NCBI GenBank assembly: GCA_965645245.1
Contig: OZ287080.1
Coordinates: 682,001-746,000 of the forward strand
Direction: 5' to 3'
Origin: Massalongia carnosa
Taxonomy: Eukaryota
DNA length: 64,000 bases
Below the pieces are notes generated by a model, which was given only the letters and a program-made list of their open reading frames with translations, did not search any database and was not told where the DNA came from. A program made the position numbers and the translations under genes. Each line of letters starts with the position of its first letter. Position 1 is the stretch's first letter. Of this stretch, positions 12,899 through 24,806 are shown piece after piece.

Positions 12899-14645
12899 TC
12901 ACGATCGAACACCCGAAGCCCATTCGCCTGCAATCCATCGGTTGAAAAACTCCAGGCCAGCCTCCGGCTGATCGAGAGGAACCATGTGTCCAGCGGCGTG
13001 AATTTTCATAAATGTCAAGTTCCCATTACTCTTCACCTCTCCAATCTTCCTTCCATAATCGCCAAGGGTCAAATCCTGGAGGTCAATTTTGTTGTAGGCA
13101 TGTTTTCCAGACCAATCCAGCCCCTCGGTCCACGCGTAATTCCCCAGCCAGTTGCAGATGAAGTCGGCGTCCCCCTGTAACGGACGATAAGCATGGCCGG
13201 CTTGCGTTATGCGCGACACTTCAAGGAGTACTTACCGCATAGACAAGCACCGGTATTTGCTCAAGGATGGCTGGAACTAGACGATGAAAAGGCTTCATCC
13301 AATCCCCCGCGAAAAGAAAGTTTCTGTTCACATTGAAATTACAGTAATCGAAGCTATCAACCTCGGCTCCGAGAGCCTCAAGCACCTCTGGCTTATTCAT
13401 CCATTCATCGATCAAATCAAGTTGGGGATAGCAGAGTGCTCCACCGCTGGTGCACCTTTTACGGATATCGTATGGATTTTGGCCGGTCCTCTGGTATGGG
13501 CCCATCAGGGCGTTGTTGCAGTATACTGCAGCAGGAACACATGTCCAGATGCTGTCATTCTCATAGCAACCCTCGATGAGAGCCCGACAGCGTGGCAATG
13601 CGTTATCCATTGCTCGACATTGACTTTCGTCCAGCACGCCCGGCCAGCCGCCGTCACCGCAAGCCATAGGCCTGTAAAATTCGTATTGGGTTAAGCCATC
13701 TGTGAGACCGTTACCGATGAGCACAGACTTTAGATTGATGTTGCTTTTCTTGTGTCTCAAGATCTCTGATGCGAACACAGGAATATAGTGGCCTGCATAT
13801 GATTCTCCTGCAATGTGAAAATCTTGGTGAGCATACTCTGGAAATTGCTTGAAAAAAAGTGTGAGTAGGGCGTAAACATCCTTGCCAGCCGCAAGTGTAT
13901 TGCTAACGGCCCCTCCACTGTAAGACAGACCGGTGTTGACAGGTTGATCGAGGAAGATTACGGATGCGTTCGAGTTCCAGGAGAGTGGATTATGCACCAC
14001 TTTCAGATGTTTATCAATCGTAGCTGGACCTAATTCGAGGAACAACCCGGTAAGAGAGGAGCATCCAGGTCCCCCATTTAACCAAAGAACAACAGGATCA
14101 TTCTTTGGATCGTTGCGACTTTCGAAGAACCCTGTAACAGCAGCTTAGAGTTTGTTTGCTCGGCATTTAGCATGATACTCACAATAAAATAGATGCTTAT
14201 CGTTGTCGTTGTCGTCGAGATAACCACTATACTGCTTTACGTTGGGGTCAACGCCGAGCGCGCTTGGATCAACCTTCTTCGCTCTTAGGTTATAGGCATT
14301 AAGCTTTCCATCGACTTCCCTCTCATTATCTCCATCCGCATTCTTCACCCATACCTCTTGGATATCTGCGCCTTTCATAATGTAGTCCCAGTGCATGTCA
14401 GGTCGTCGGGTATGCTTTTTCGGGGGTGAAAGGAAGCTCAGGTGATCCATGGTCTCAGGAAACATCAATGTAACTTCGTCCCAAATCGCGCGAGCTTCAG
14501 CAGTAAGAGACTTGAACGAGTCTTGGAGATTTTGTAACGGTTTCGTCCAAGTATCTGAAAGCTGTTTGGGTGGCTGAAGGACATACTGAAATGGCGAAGT
14601 TGCCGCCGCTGCTCCTACTATCAGTGAGATGGCGAAAGGCTTCAT
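12899..14645 (-). CDS. cpyA: Vacuolar carboxypeptidase Y (serine carboxypeptidase S10); exons 14645-14183, 14131-13236, 13174-12899
   Basis: Signal/propeptide, [44 protein letters not shown], catalytic [16 protein letters not shown] and AGHMVP. Confidence 0.96.
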
Positions 14646-14770
14646 GGTGATTGATGACTGAGAGAAGTGGTATCGAGGAAAGTTCTTGGTTGTGGGTGGG
14701 AGATACGTAGTTGTTTACTATAACGATGTCAAATGACTGATGCCTGGTTACCGGATCGCTGGGATACAAT

Positions 14771-14780
14771 ATCACGTGAT
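14771..14780. promoter_or_regulatory. Palindromic E-box ATCACGTGAT (Cbf1/bHLH-type site) about 125 bp upstream of the CPY start
   Basis: Perfect 10-bp palindrome matching RTCACGTG. A similar GTCACGTG lies at 45231-45238 upstream of RDH54. Confidence 0.4.
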
Positions 14781-14846
14781 TTGTCTAATGAGACTTTCAC
14801 GCCTCAACAGTTATCTACTTACATATCATTAACCTACTGTGTAGAT

Positions 14847-15684
14847 TAAAATTTTTTTTTTTAAATTTTTTTAATTTTTTTAATTTTTTTAATTTTTTTT
14901 AATTTTTTTTTATTTTTTTTAATTTTTTTTTATTTTTATTTTTATTTTTATTTTTTATTTTTTTAATTTTTAATTTTTAATTTTTTTTATTTTATTTTAT
15001 TTTTATTTTATTTTTATTTTATTTTTATTTTATTTTTATTTTATTTTTATTTTTTTTATTAATTCATTAAGCGTATGCATCCTAAGGATATGACGCTGTG
15101 ACTGCTATTTATGTACATAAACAACAGTCAGGAAGTGGAAACCTAGCCCCCAGGGTAAAACCACTCCCTTGTTCCATGTTGAACGCAACGAGACCGTCCT
15201 TCTACCACGCGGTGCATACACCCAGATCTTCAAGCGCTAGGAATCCTATAGACTCGATGAACTAGACAGTGTATTTGCACACGTTCGACGAACGTTCTCT
15301 CTCTTTAAACGTTTTGATTCAATGGAGGAAAGACTGGCCGTGATCGAGGGCAGATCGTGGTGTCGTATAAATGAATGTGTGTAAGTGTGGCCATTCTAAA
15401 TGAATGGGCTTTTTCGATGTGGTGAAAGGCTTCCGCTTAAGGGGTGTGGCCATTCCGAATGAATGGGCTTTTTCGATGAGGTGAAAGGCTTCCGCCTGAG
15501 GGGTGTGGCCATTCCGAATGAATGGGCTTTGTATGTGTGCCTTCGAGGTGACGAATATCAGTAGAGACGTTGATCGTTCAAATGGCCACCGAGGTGGACT
15601 TCCGCGTTGGCGATGATCAGATATTGGCCACCTCCGAGGAGGTGTTGATAGCCTGCACCACGTAGAGGTTTCTGACCCAGCAGG
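14847..15684 (-). mobile_element. Non-autonomous non-LTR retroposon (SINE-like) with 14-bp TSD, A-rich tail and 5' HDV-like ribozyme
   Basis: Direct repeat CCTACTGTGTAGAT at 14833-14846 and 15685-15698. About 215 bp of T-rich sequence at 14847-15062 is an A-rich 3' tail on the minus strand. No credible coding ORF. Confidence 0.85.
15385..15530. repeat. 59-bp tandem repeat (~2.5 copies) inside the retroposon
   Basis: Units starting GTGTGGCCATTC at 15385, 15444 and 15503. Confidence 0.92.
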
Positions 15685-15686
15685 CC
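15615..15686 (-). ncRNA. HDV-like (CPEB3-type) self-cleaving ribozyme
   Basis: Minus-strand RNA GGCCUGC-UG-GGUCAGAA-ACC-UCUACGU-GGU-GCAGGCU-AU-CAA-CACCUCC-UC-GGAGGUG-G-CCAA-U-A-UCUGAUC. It gives a 7-bp P1 with a G1-U wobble, P2, 3-bp P3, 7-nt L3, 1-bp P1.1, P4 and J4/2 G-C-C-A-A. Confidence 0.82.
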
Positions 15687-18600
15687 TACTGTGTAGATGA
15701 TAAAGCACTCGTAACTCGAGGTAGTCACGTTGTCTGAGGATAAGACTTTGCCACGCAACAGGGACAATGAAATATCCTCACGCTGTTCTTTAATTGGAGG
15801 AAAGAGAGCTAAGGGAAACAAGTTTCAGATTAGGTAATAGCTCATACTCCGTTAGAATGTTTTCGGTATCCATACTTCTGAGAGAGTTCAGGATGAAAGG
15901 GTTTCCCAGTCAACTTACTCCACGTGTTGATAGAAAGAGTTTCAACCGCTAATATGATTTGACTCATATAGGCAATTATTTATCAAGGTTCTTTAATGTA
16001 TTCACGCCACGACTTCCACTGCCTCGAGTTGTTATTCTGTTGGTTCTTATGACAGTATTTTTTCCCACATGGTTTAGTCCTTTATGATTACCTGGTTTTA
16101 CAGGACTTTTTTTTCTTTGCAATTAGCTCGTCCCAAAACCTCACCCAGTAAATTCCTAAGAGAAGCGACAGCGCTGCCTAGTCTGGATTAATATTTTATA
16201 AGGGTTCTTCTCAATATCCCAGCTAATGCTATCATTTTGAGGTAATTGATAAATCCCTTACCTAATTCTTAGGAATAATTCAGGTTTGTTATTAATCTAC
16301 GTGTCAAATTAACGTGGATTTTCCATTCACTGATAGTTTAATTGAGAAAAAAACCGGTTGTGGTAAGCATTTCGTCCCCTAGACTAGAACGTCGATGATA
16401 ATATACTAATTATGCGTCAACGACAATAAATGGCTCTCGAAGTGCTTTTGAAGGTATGTGTTCACAAAAAAGCGAGGTAAGGAAGTAATCATAAGAATAG
16501 TAGCTTTAGGCCGATTCGAGCAAAATATACGTGAGGGAGTCTAGTGTGGGTAAGCTTTCAAGACGCAGATGAAATTCACAGCTTTAGAACCAGCTAGAAA
16601 GGCCGGTGGCGTGAAGAAGCATCAATCACATCGTTGAGCAATTTATGGCCACCTCGTTAACTATAGGTATTGCCTTAAATGTGCGATGATCTCAAAATGA
16701 ACTAACAGTTCCCCGCATTGCGGGATAAGACAGGCTTGATCTTGGCAGAGATTAATACTAGATCCACGTCGATACAGATCGAGGTGAAGACAAGCATGTA
16801 AAGACGGGAAAACCAAATACTTAGGCCCGGGTCCCTGACATGAGCGGCCTGCGTACTAGAGCTAGACTAGGCAGCACTGTGCACCGTGCCCATGTTATGA
16901 TTAGACTCCAGGTTTCACTTCGCGACAGGAAAAACATTCCCCTGTATCAAACAATGTTGCTTTCTTGATCCATAAAACTGACTTGAGTCATCCAAGCTAC
17001 AAAGCCACGGCTGAGCTTCTAGGAAGACAGTGGAATCATAAGGTGGTCAAGGCAGTTTCGGAAGCAAGGATAAACTGAGCATGATCATCATCAGTTGTTA
17101 GCGTCTTCTGCATGACATCGGAGGCTTCAGGGCAGGCGGTAGAGCATGCCGTGTTTTCAGTCAGCCATCGTTGATCCAAGCTTTGCTGAGCCGAGCAACC
17201 GAGAGCGTTGCAAGCCAGAAAGCAGAGCGACAGGAGTATGATCGCTGTGCCTCCTAGTTATAAGCCTCTTAAGGTCGAAAGAGTGTGGAAGACTAGGTAC
17301 TATCCGTGACGGTAGTGTAATTCGGACTTATCGGTTGCAAGCGGAGGAGCGAATTGGCCGAAACTCTAATGAGTGTGATCGACATCGGAAGCTCCCAGAC
17401 TCGTGACGATCATTCCGTTGCTAGGCAGGGAACGGAACAGATCACTAGCTGACGCATGATTCGTTCGGCACTGACATGAAAAACTTCGGTGTTGCTCGAA
17501 ATGGGATCTCATGCCTTTTCAGCAGTGGCACAACAGGATTCCCCCCCCAAAACCGTGAAGCTCGCATTGCCCAAGCCTAAGGGTTGGGATGATCCCTAGT
17601 CGATCCAATGGACCTTGATGGTGAGGGTCTGCCGATCTATCTCACTGCTGTCCCTCAAACACGACGTGCGAGAAAGGTCTCAAGCCCTGCAAAGCGCAAG
17701 GAACTAGATTAGGAAAAGAGGCGTGCCATAGTACTATGGAGCTATGAACGAAAAGAAGTATCGTCGGCCTCTAAATCGGCTCTGAAAACCCGTCGTCAAA
17801 GGCACCACGCGTACTCCAAGCGTGGCGGCACATCATGTTGATTTGCAGAGAGGCACGGGGCGAAAACGTGCACCCTTTCCAGAATTATCATTTTTACCAG
17901 GTGACCTTGAATTACCGGTAGAGATACCAGACGACGAGGGCGGTGAGCACTGATAGACACAGTATAACACTTTGACTATCCGAAACATCAAGGCACCGAG
18001 CTGTGAACGCACACATGTTGCTAGGTATACAGAGTTCGAGTACAGAGTAACTACGCTCCTCATGTGACCTGATACGGCAGATCCGGTTGCCGAGATCGGC
18101 CCCCTGGCGAGACCGCCGAGACCTTAAAGCCACTATTAACTCAAGATGGGTTAGCTTATACACTCTTCTAGCGTCCGCCATCTCCAAAACGCTCGGAGCA
18201 CGGGCACTCTGGATCAGGCGCAGCAGCCCTAATTCACACGTCCCAGCCTTGAGTCCAGGGATTGATGGAGGCATCTCCAGAAACCCCTCCTCTCCGAATG
18301 TCACAAATTCACCAAGCGGCCTAGCACCTAGGTAGTTTGACGCTGCAGTCCTTGTACTCTGTACGAGTACAGAGCACAATACTGCCTGCTGCCTTCATCC
18401 CCAAGGGGAGTCCTATAGCGTTTTCCTGGATCGACCACTCCCTTCCCCCCCTAAACACACACACCAAAAACATGGGTCTAATGTGGGCCTGACGTGCCAT
18501 TTCGGAGCCGTCCACCGGGGAATGTCATGCACTGTGAACTAGGTAATGGAAGTTTCGTGGGAGCGAAATGGTAGCATATCGTCTAGCAACTTGCAGATCA

Positions 18601-19747
18601 TAACCCGTACACTACAAACAAACGAGCAGACATACACATACCGGAACATTGCCCCTTCGATTTCGTTGGATCGGAACGTAATTGACTTTTGGGCAGCGCC
18701 TACACTCTACGGGGGCGTTTGTACACCTTGTCTTATCCTGGAGCCTGACAATCTGAAGAGAAGGCGTGCGGGAATCGACATGTTGATAGTCTCAACAGTT
18801 CACCTCTAGCCTGGTTTCTTATGCTCTCTTTGTTTGAAGAGAGCAAGATTAAGCCCAAGGGATTCGAGCTTTAAAGGTAACGCCTTGCTGGGGCAAACCT
18901 TAGGGTGTATGGCTCATGCTCGCGGCAAATCAAATACAAAACGGTTCTTGACATGTCATGTTCAAGACGTTCGAGTTCCGTTTTTGCATGCTTGGCCTTC
19001 CATCGATCGCCCCCACCACCTTGTTGTCAAGCCATCCTTCAAATCCATATGAGACCTGTGATACCATCTCTGCTTCACGAACCTTGTGAAAGGCCTGTGC
19101 CCAGTGAGCGTTGTGGTGAGTCTTTTGATTTGTCTTCCTCGCTTTCTTCTTTTTAAGATAACCGTTTCACACGCTCAGGTAATGCCTTTCGTGTGGCTGG
19201 CGTCACTAGCAGTGCCTTCTTAATTCTTGTTTCCGATAACCGACCAACGGCTGGGGTGGGAGGTACCAGTTAAGATAGCCTCCTTTTTCTTTTTTGCAGG
19301 GTCTTCACAGTTTCATAGTAATATTCCGTTTGCGAGGCTCTGACTGAATCTGGCAGTAGATCAGAACCCTAAAACAATCCACTCCAACAGCGTCATCTCA
19401 TTAACTCCCGTGCAGCCTCTCACAGCACATTTCCCCTGCCTAATTCGGATTTCTGTGGGTGAAACGACACTGGCATTGGCCGTTCGGTCTGCATGACTCG
19501 GGCCTTCATTGGGTGTTCCTAGGCTGCCTCACATAAGCGAGTGACTTGGTCAACGCTCCAGAACCCCCATCCCGAACAGCTGTGGCCTGTGAACGGCTTT
19601 GCTCCCTCACCCAACAGACCGTATGCTTCTGCAGCTCGCCGAGCTACCCTCAAACCAGCATTTCCCCTCCATGAGTCTGACCTCGCAGGAGCCATGCGCA
19701 TCTACGATTAATCCCTGCCTTCGCCCAATCACGGCGGCTCTTCAATT

Positions 19748-22332
19748 ATGGCCGAACCCGGCTTGAATTCACCTCATGAACTTCCTCACTCTCAGTTCAT
19801 GACATATCCATATGACGCTTCTTCCACTTCGTCGAGCCCATCTCTTCACGGCCCTGTCACACCTGGCGTGGGAATGCCCAATGCCGGACCAACAAGTCGG
19901 CCTTCGAGTGGACCAGATGCTCTTCATCCATATCAAAGCCCTTTGCCACCTGTTTCTGAGATGAGATCTGTTGGTTTCAATCACTTACACGAGCCCGGAT
20001 CAACCTCGTCGGGCGTTCCTTCGCCAGGATATCCCGATTTCAGTCCAGCTAATGGATTTAACCCTGGAACACCGAACATGACCAATACGCATCTATCGTC
20101 CGCGGGTCTTCAGGCTCCGAAGAGAGTTTATCGACAAAGAAGAAAGGACCCAAGCTGCGATGCATGTCGAGAGCGTAAGGTGAAGGTTGGTAGATCCACT
20201 TGTCAAGGTGGCTATAAAGTTTAAATGTTGATGTTGATCCTGTTGTAGTGTGACGCAACGGATACAACGAGCTGCTCAGAGTGTACAAGTAGACAGGTCA
20301 AATGTCAATTCACCAAGGAAACCAACCGACGGATGTCTTCCATAAAGTCAGTGCTTCGGTAACATTCCCTCGATATTTGAGATAGTCTAACATCCTTAAC
20401 ACCCTAGACAGGTTCAAGACCTAGAGAAGCAACTTGCTCATGCAAGACACCAACTAAACCACCTTCGGTCCACATCTACAGATGGAGTTAAATCCGAAAA
20501 CAACATTTACTACGCCCCTTCGCCCCATCTAACATCCGACGCTCATCGCAGTAAAAGACAGAAGCCTATTAATCTACAAGATTTCTCCAAAGCTCGATCC
20601 AATGTTCTGAAATATGGCCATGGCATTTTCAAACCACCACAGTTACCCTCAAACCCCTCTTTCACGACACCATCCTGTCATTTCTCAGATCTACCCCCAC
20701 GAGATGTATCTGATGCGCTGCTACGGCAGTATCATACTTCAGTTCAAGTAACATTCCCCCTCATCTACTGGCCAATCTTCACCCCAAAGTATGAGGAAGT
20801 CTACCGGGAGGGCTCACTTCGACATGTACCACGGATCTGGGGTGCACTCCTATTTGCTGTTTTTGGACTCGGTGCCCTACGTCGTTCGCTGTCAGATAGC
20901 CACCGCTACTTCGAAATCTCCAAGAGTTTGTTTGATTTTTGGTCGCTGGAATTCGAACTCGATCACGTTCGATACGCATTGCTCAGTAGTATTTTCCTTA
21001 TTGAAGTAAATCTTAAATCCGCTGGCTGGGCCTGGCACGGTCTGGCCGTCCGAATCTCCCAAGACATTGGGCTTCATTCTGACACCGGAACCTGGTCGGC
21101 GACTGAGTTGGAAACACGTAGGCGTGCTTGGTGGTCTGTGTACGCGTATGACCGGTAAGTGAATCGCCGATGTTGGCAGCGGTGCGGCCAACTAACAACC
21201 AGTAAGGTTACTTTCGCTTGAGCTTGGAAAACCTGCAGCCATCAATGACGAAGACTGCGAAGTTGACCTACCAACAGCAGCGGATGATACGCGCACACAA
21301 CCTGACTTGTCCTGGAGCTCGCCGAGCATGACACGGCTAACTACTTCTTTTCTCCCTGCCCTCCGGGTAGTGCGTGAGGTTTCTAACCTGCTCAGCGTTC
21401 TCAAATCCCCTATATTATCGGTTACCACACTGCAGAGTTGTGACACGCAATTCAGTCATTGTTTTGCTGCGTTTCCAGCTCATCACCAGACTCGGAGAAC
21501 AGAATATATTGATCCTTGCTCTATGCTACCCTTGATTTACCTGCAAAACGCGCGGCTCATACTTCATCGCCATAACTTGACAATCTTGAGCGCCCCAGAA
21601 GTTCGAGCCGATGCGCTAGACCAGTGTGGTCTTATTGCATGGGAAACGACACAGCTTCTCTCTCGATGTATGATGGACCCCCCGACATCACCAAGCCAAC
21701 ACTCATCAACTAGTTTCGATTGGGCTACACGACTTATATCCGCAGCTAGCGCATTTCTTTGCACACATATATGGAGATGCACTTTGGTGTTGTGTTTGCG
21801 GGGCGATTTTGAAGCCGCTTTAATATGTGCCCGGGTGAGCGCTACCATCGCAGACGCTCGACCGATTAATACAGCGTGTGGCAAGTATCTGGCTTTCTTC
21901 TTGGATCGATTAATGCAGAAGGTGCATCTCGAATCCAGAGCTTATGTCGAAAATGACGAGGAGATGATCGTTTATGTATCAGCGGATCTCCAAGGCAACG
22001 TCGAACACTCATGGATCTGGCAAGGCGGTGAAGGTACATGGAACCAACCCTTGCTGAGCCCCAAGGGGTTGAAGGAAACCACGGAGGACGAGGGCCCTGA
22101 GCCGGATTTGAGCGCCGACAGCACTTTCGGTCGAGCAGGCTGGGAGCCTATCCTGGAGGCACTAAATCAGCTTGCGCAGAAGAAGCAGCACGATCTACGG
22201 CAGAGGCATGCGGGAGGACTTCTGCTACCGTTGCAAGGAGAAGCAACCCATCGTGCTTCTTCACACAGTACAGGGAGTTCACAAGGCACTCCTGTCGGCT
22301 CAAATCGTATCAGCATTGCTAATATTATCTAA
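19748..22332 (+). CDS. Zn(II)2Cys6 transcription factor with fungal-specific TF middle domain; introns 20186-20248, 20347-20407, 21155-21206
   Basis: [41 protein letters not shown]; later [13 protein letters not shown]...[24 protein letters not shown]. Confidence 0.92.
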
Positions 22333-23401
22333 CCTATCATGACTCGCTCTCTGATGCCTGCTAGCGGAGAAGGGCTCGAAGGTTTCTCGTGACGTTTTTC
22401 TGCATTGTTCAAGAGTAACGGGATGTTTTATTGGGGCTCTTTGGGCTCTCAGTTATTCAATTCATCGGGAAATGCCTTGTGACCTGTGTTTCTACAAAAT
22501 CATACCACAAAATATAGAAAGTTCGGCGTTGTGGTTCAGGAGAACAAAGCAACCGGCAACATCTGCGCCAAAACCAAAATCGTGGTGTTAGGAACAGCGA
22601 TCATCAGACATCATTCCCCCTACTTTTAAGCAAGTATAACAAGGGCTAGGGAGACTACGTATGCTGGCGGTCTTGTGCCAAGGAACTGTAACTGCGCATT
22701 GGAATATACCCTTACTGAGGCGTTTTGGGAGGTATAAATACGTGCAAAATAATGACTTTCAAGACCCCACGGCGCCATGATTCAACTGGACGCGTAAGGG
22801 TCTGAGTGTGGAGGTCTGTTATATTATTCTCAAAGTACTTAGTTACCTTGCCCCACAAGCTCCTAGCAAGAACACGAGGCTATATGGCAATTCAAGTAAC
22901 AGTAGACGCTCGCTCAATCCCATGGCTAAGGTTACTGCGAAACCGTGACTATGCTGCTCTCTCATCTCATCATGAAATCGAGGTGGTTTGCTGGCCGAAT
23001 TTCAGTTTCACTTCACTGCTCAAGTACCTATCTAAAGTACCTATCTATCCGAGGCAGAAGATGGCCAGGATGTCTCATCCTTCATGAAAATTTGGCTAAA
23101 AGATGGCACAGCGCCACTGATGCCGCCACTAAACTCTCACCTCTCGAACTTCGAAGGCACGGAGCTTCTGCCATCTCCATGTCCGATGCCATGCACCCGT
23201 TATGGATTTATGATCTGTAATCCATGCTTGCTCTTGGATTTCTAGCCAATGTATGGATTTCTTCTATTGATTCACACTTTACATAGAGCGCGCGGTGTTC
23301 TACTTCGATTTTCTTCCACCCCTACCCTACGTGCAGCAGCGCCTTTCGTGTCCTAATCCCCGTCTCGGTGCCACACATTCGACCATTCATCCACTTCCGG
23401 C

Positions 23402-24043
23402 ATGCCTTTCCGCGACAAAATGAAACGAGCCTTTGGCCGACCCGGGGACGAGAACTCCGAGCTCACCCAAGTCTCATCGAAAGCGTCACGAAAAGAGAAA
23501 AAGCTGAAACAACACCACGCCGACAACGTCTACCAACCCGGTGAAATCATGCCTAAGCCAAAGTATCGGGCAGCGTACAACAAAGATCATCAGGACAAGC
23601 TGTCGTCATTCAGTTTCGGAGAAGCCTGGAAGAGGCGCAAGAGCGACCAGAGCGAATACAGCCCGATGGGATCGAGATTACCAAGTGTAGTGGGAAGCTT
23701 ACGGCGGATGAGTCGCGCGCCCGGGTCAAGTAGCAGGTATGTCACGGACAAAGTGGACGAGAGCATGGCCGAAGAGAATGACGCACAGAATGGTGAGTGA
23801 CCCTCTGACCATGGACCGCAGGCCCCGCTCGGCAGAGATGTCTGATCACACGCAGTGGGATTGTCGAGACCGGCCTCTCGAAGTGAACACCTTCACCCTG
23901 CCCCTGGAGACGGGCAGATGGCAGATGGACTTGAGTTCCAGCATACGGCTACCAACGGGTATCTCCAGAGTGGAGAGATGGGAAGACCCTTCACGGAGGA
24001 AGAACTCACCCTCGCGATGACTCAGACTGCGATATATTCTTAG
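23402..24043 (+). CDS. Small conserved fungal hypothetical protein; intron 23793-23855
   Basis: MPFRDKMKRAFGR...VYQPGEIMPKPKYRAAYNKDHQDKLSSFSFGEAW...YSPMGSR; a GTGAGT...CGCAG intron joins it to ORF 23855..24043. Confidence 0.8.
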
Positions 24044-24768
24044 CCCGAAGGGCGATACAATGTCAGGGACCTTCTTGCTTTTTGCGCTGAACGACTTCAT
24101 TTTCTTGACCTTTATATTCCTCAAATTGCATCACCGATCCGTCCCTGCGGTGTAGGAGTATGAAGGGAGGCTCTAGTACTCCTGGGATGGGGGACGATGG
24201 GAGGTCTTCGGGATGAAGTAAAAATACATCATTGCACGTTCGGAGCGGATGCGATGGCGGAATGCTTTCTGGCGTCTTTTTTTTTCTGGCGATGATTTGG
24301 GCATGAGGCATGAATAAAACTTGGACACGCGGGATGGAACGGGAGTGCTTCGTGGAAGGTTACGCTATGTAGGCATCTATAGTACGGGCCAGGGGGAGGG
24401 TGGGGGAGGGGGGGGGAGGGTGGGGGAGAGTGGGGGAGGATAGGATAGGAAGATCACCGATGGAAGAACGGACAGCAGCTGATCACGGGTTGTTTTTCCT
24501 TTGCCCCTCCGCACTGTATGGCTCGATTTTTGCTCTTCATCCGATTCCGATCATTTAAGACCAGAACATGCGCATTGCGTGGTAAAGGCTTCAGGACTCA
24601 GTACGCCACACTTTGTGGCGGGAAAACGCGGAGATGATTGGTCTACTGCACGTCTGTCAACGGCCGGTGATTGGGTTGTTTCGACCGACGACCCCGCCTT
24701 GACGCATCTTGACCCCACCATGGTCGGAAGTCGGTAATCGTAGAACAGTCTTTCCGAAAGTCGCAGCC

Positions 24769-24806
24769 GAGTCGAGTCGAGTCGAGTTGAGTCGAGTTGA
24801 GTCGAC
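24769..24806. repeat. (GAGTC)n pentanucleotide microsatellite
   Basis: gagtcgagtcgagtcgagttgagtcgagttgagtcgac. Confidence 0.85.

Noticed and set aside
15385..15530. 59-bp repeats as a CRISPR array or hammerhead ribozymes (GATGAG...GAAA)
   Set aside because: No unique spacers or cas genes, the context is eukaryotic, and the CUGANGA core and three-stem junction are missing.
15629..15646. ACCUCCUCGGAGGU as the P3/L3 of an HDV ribozyme
   Set aside because: No matching P1 exists in that register; it fits better as the P4 hairpin of the ribozyme reported above.
15840..19700. Scattered short ORFs (e.g. 17912..18379) and splice-like signals
   Set aside because: No coherent gene model or recognisable domain; probably a long upstream region of the Zn2Cys6 gene.
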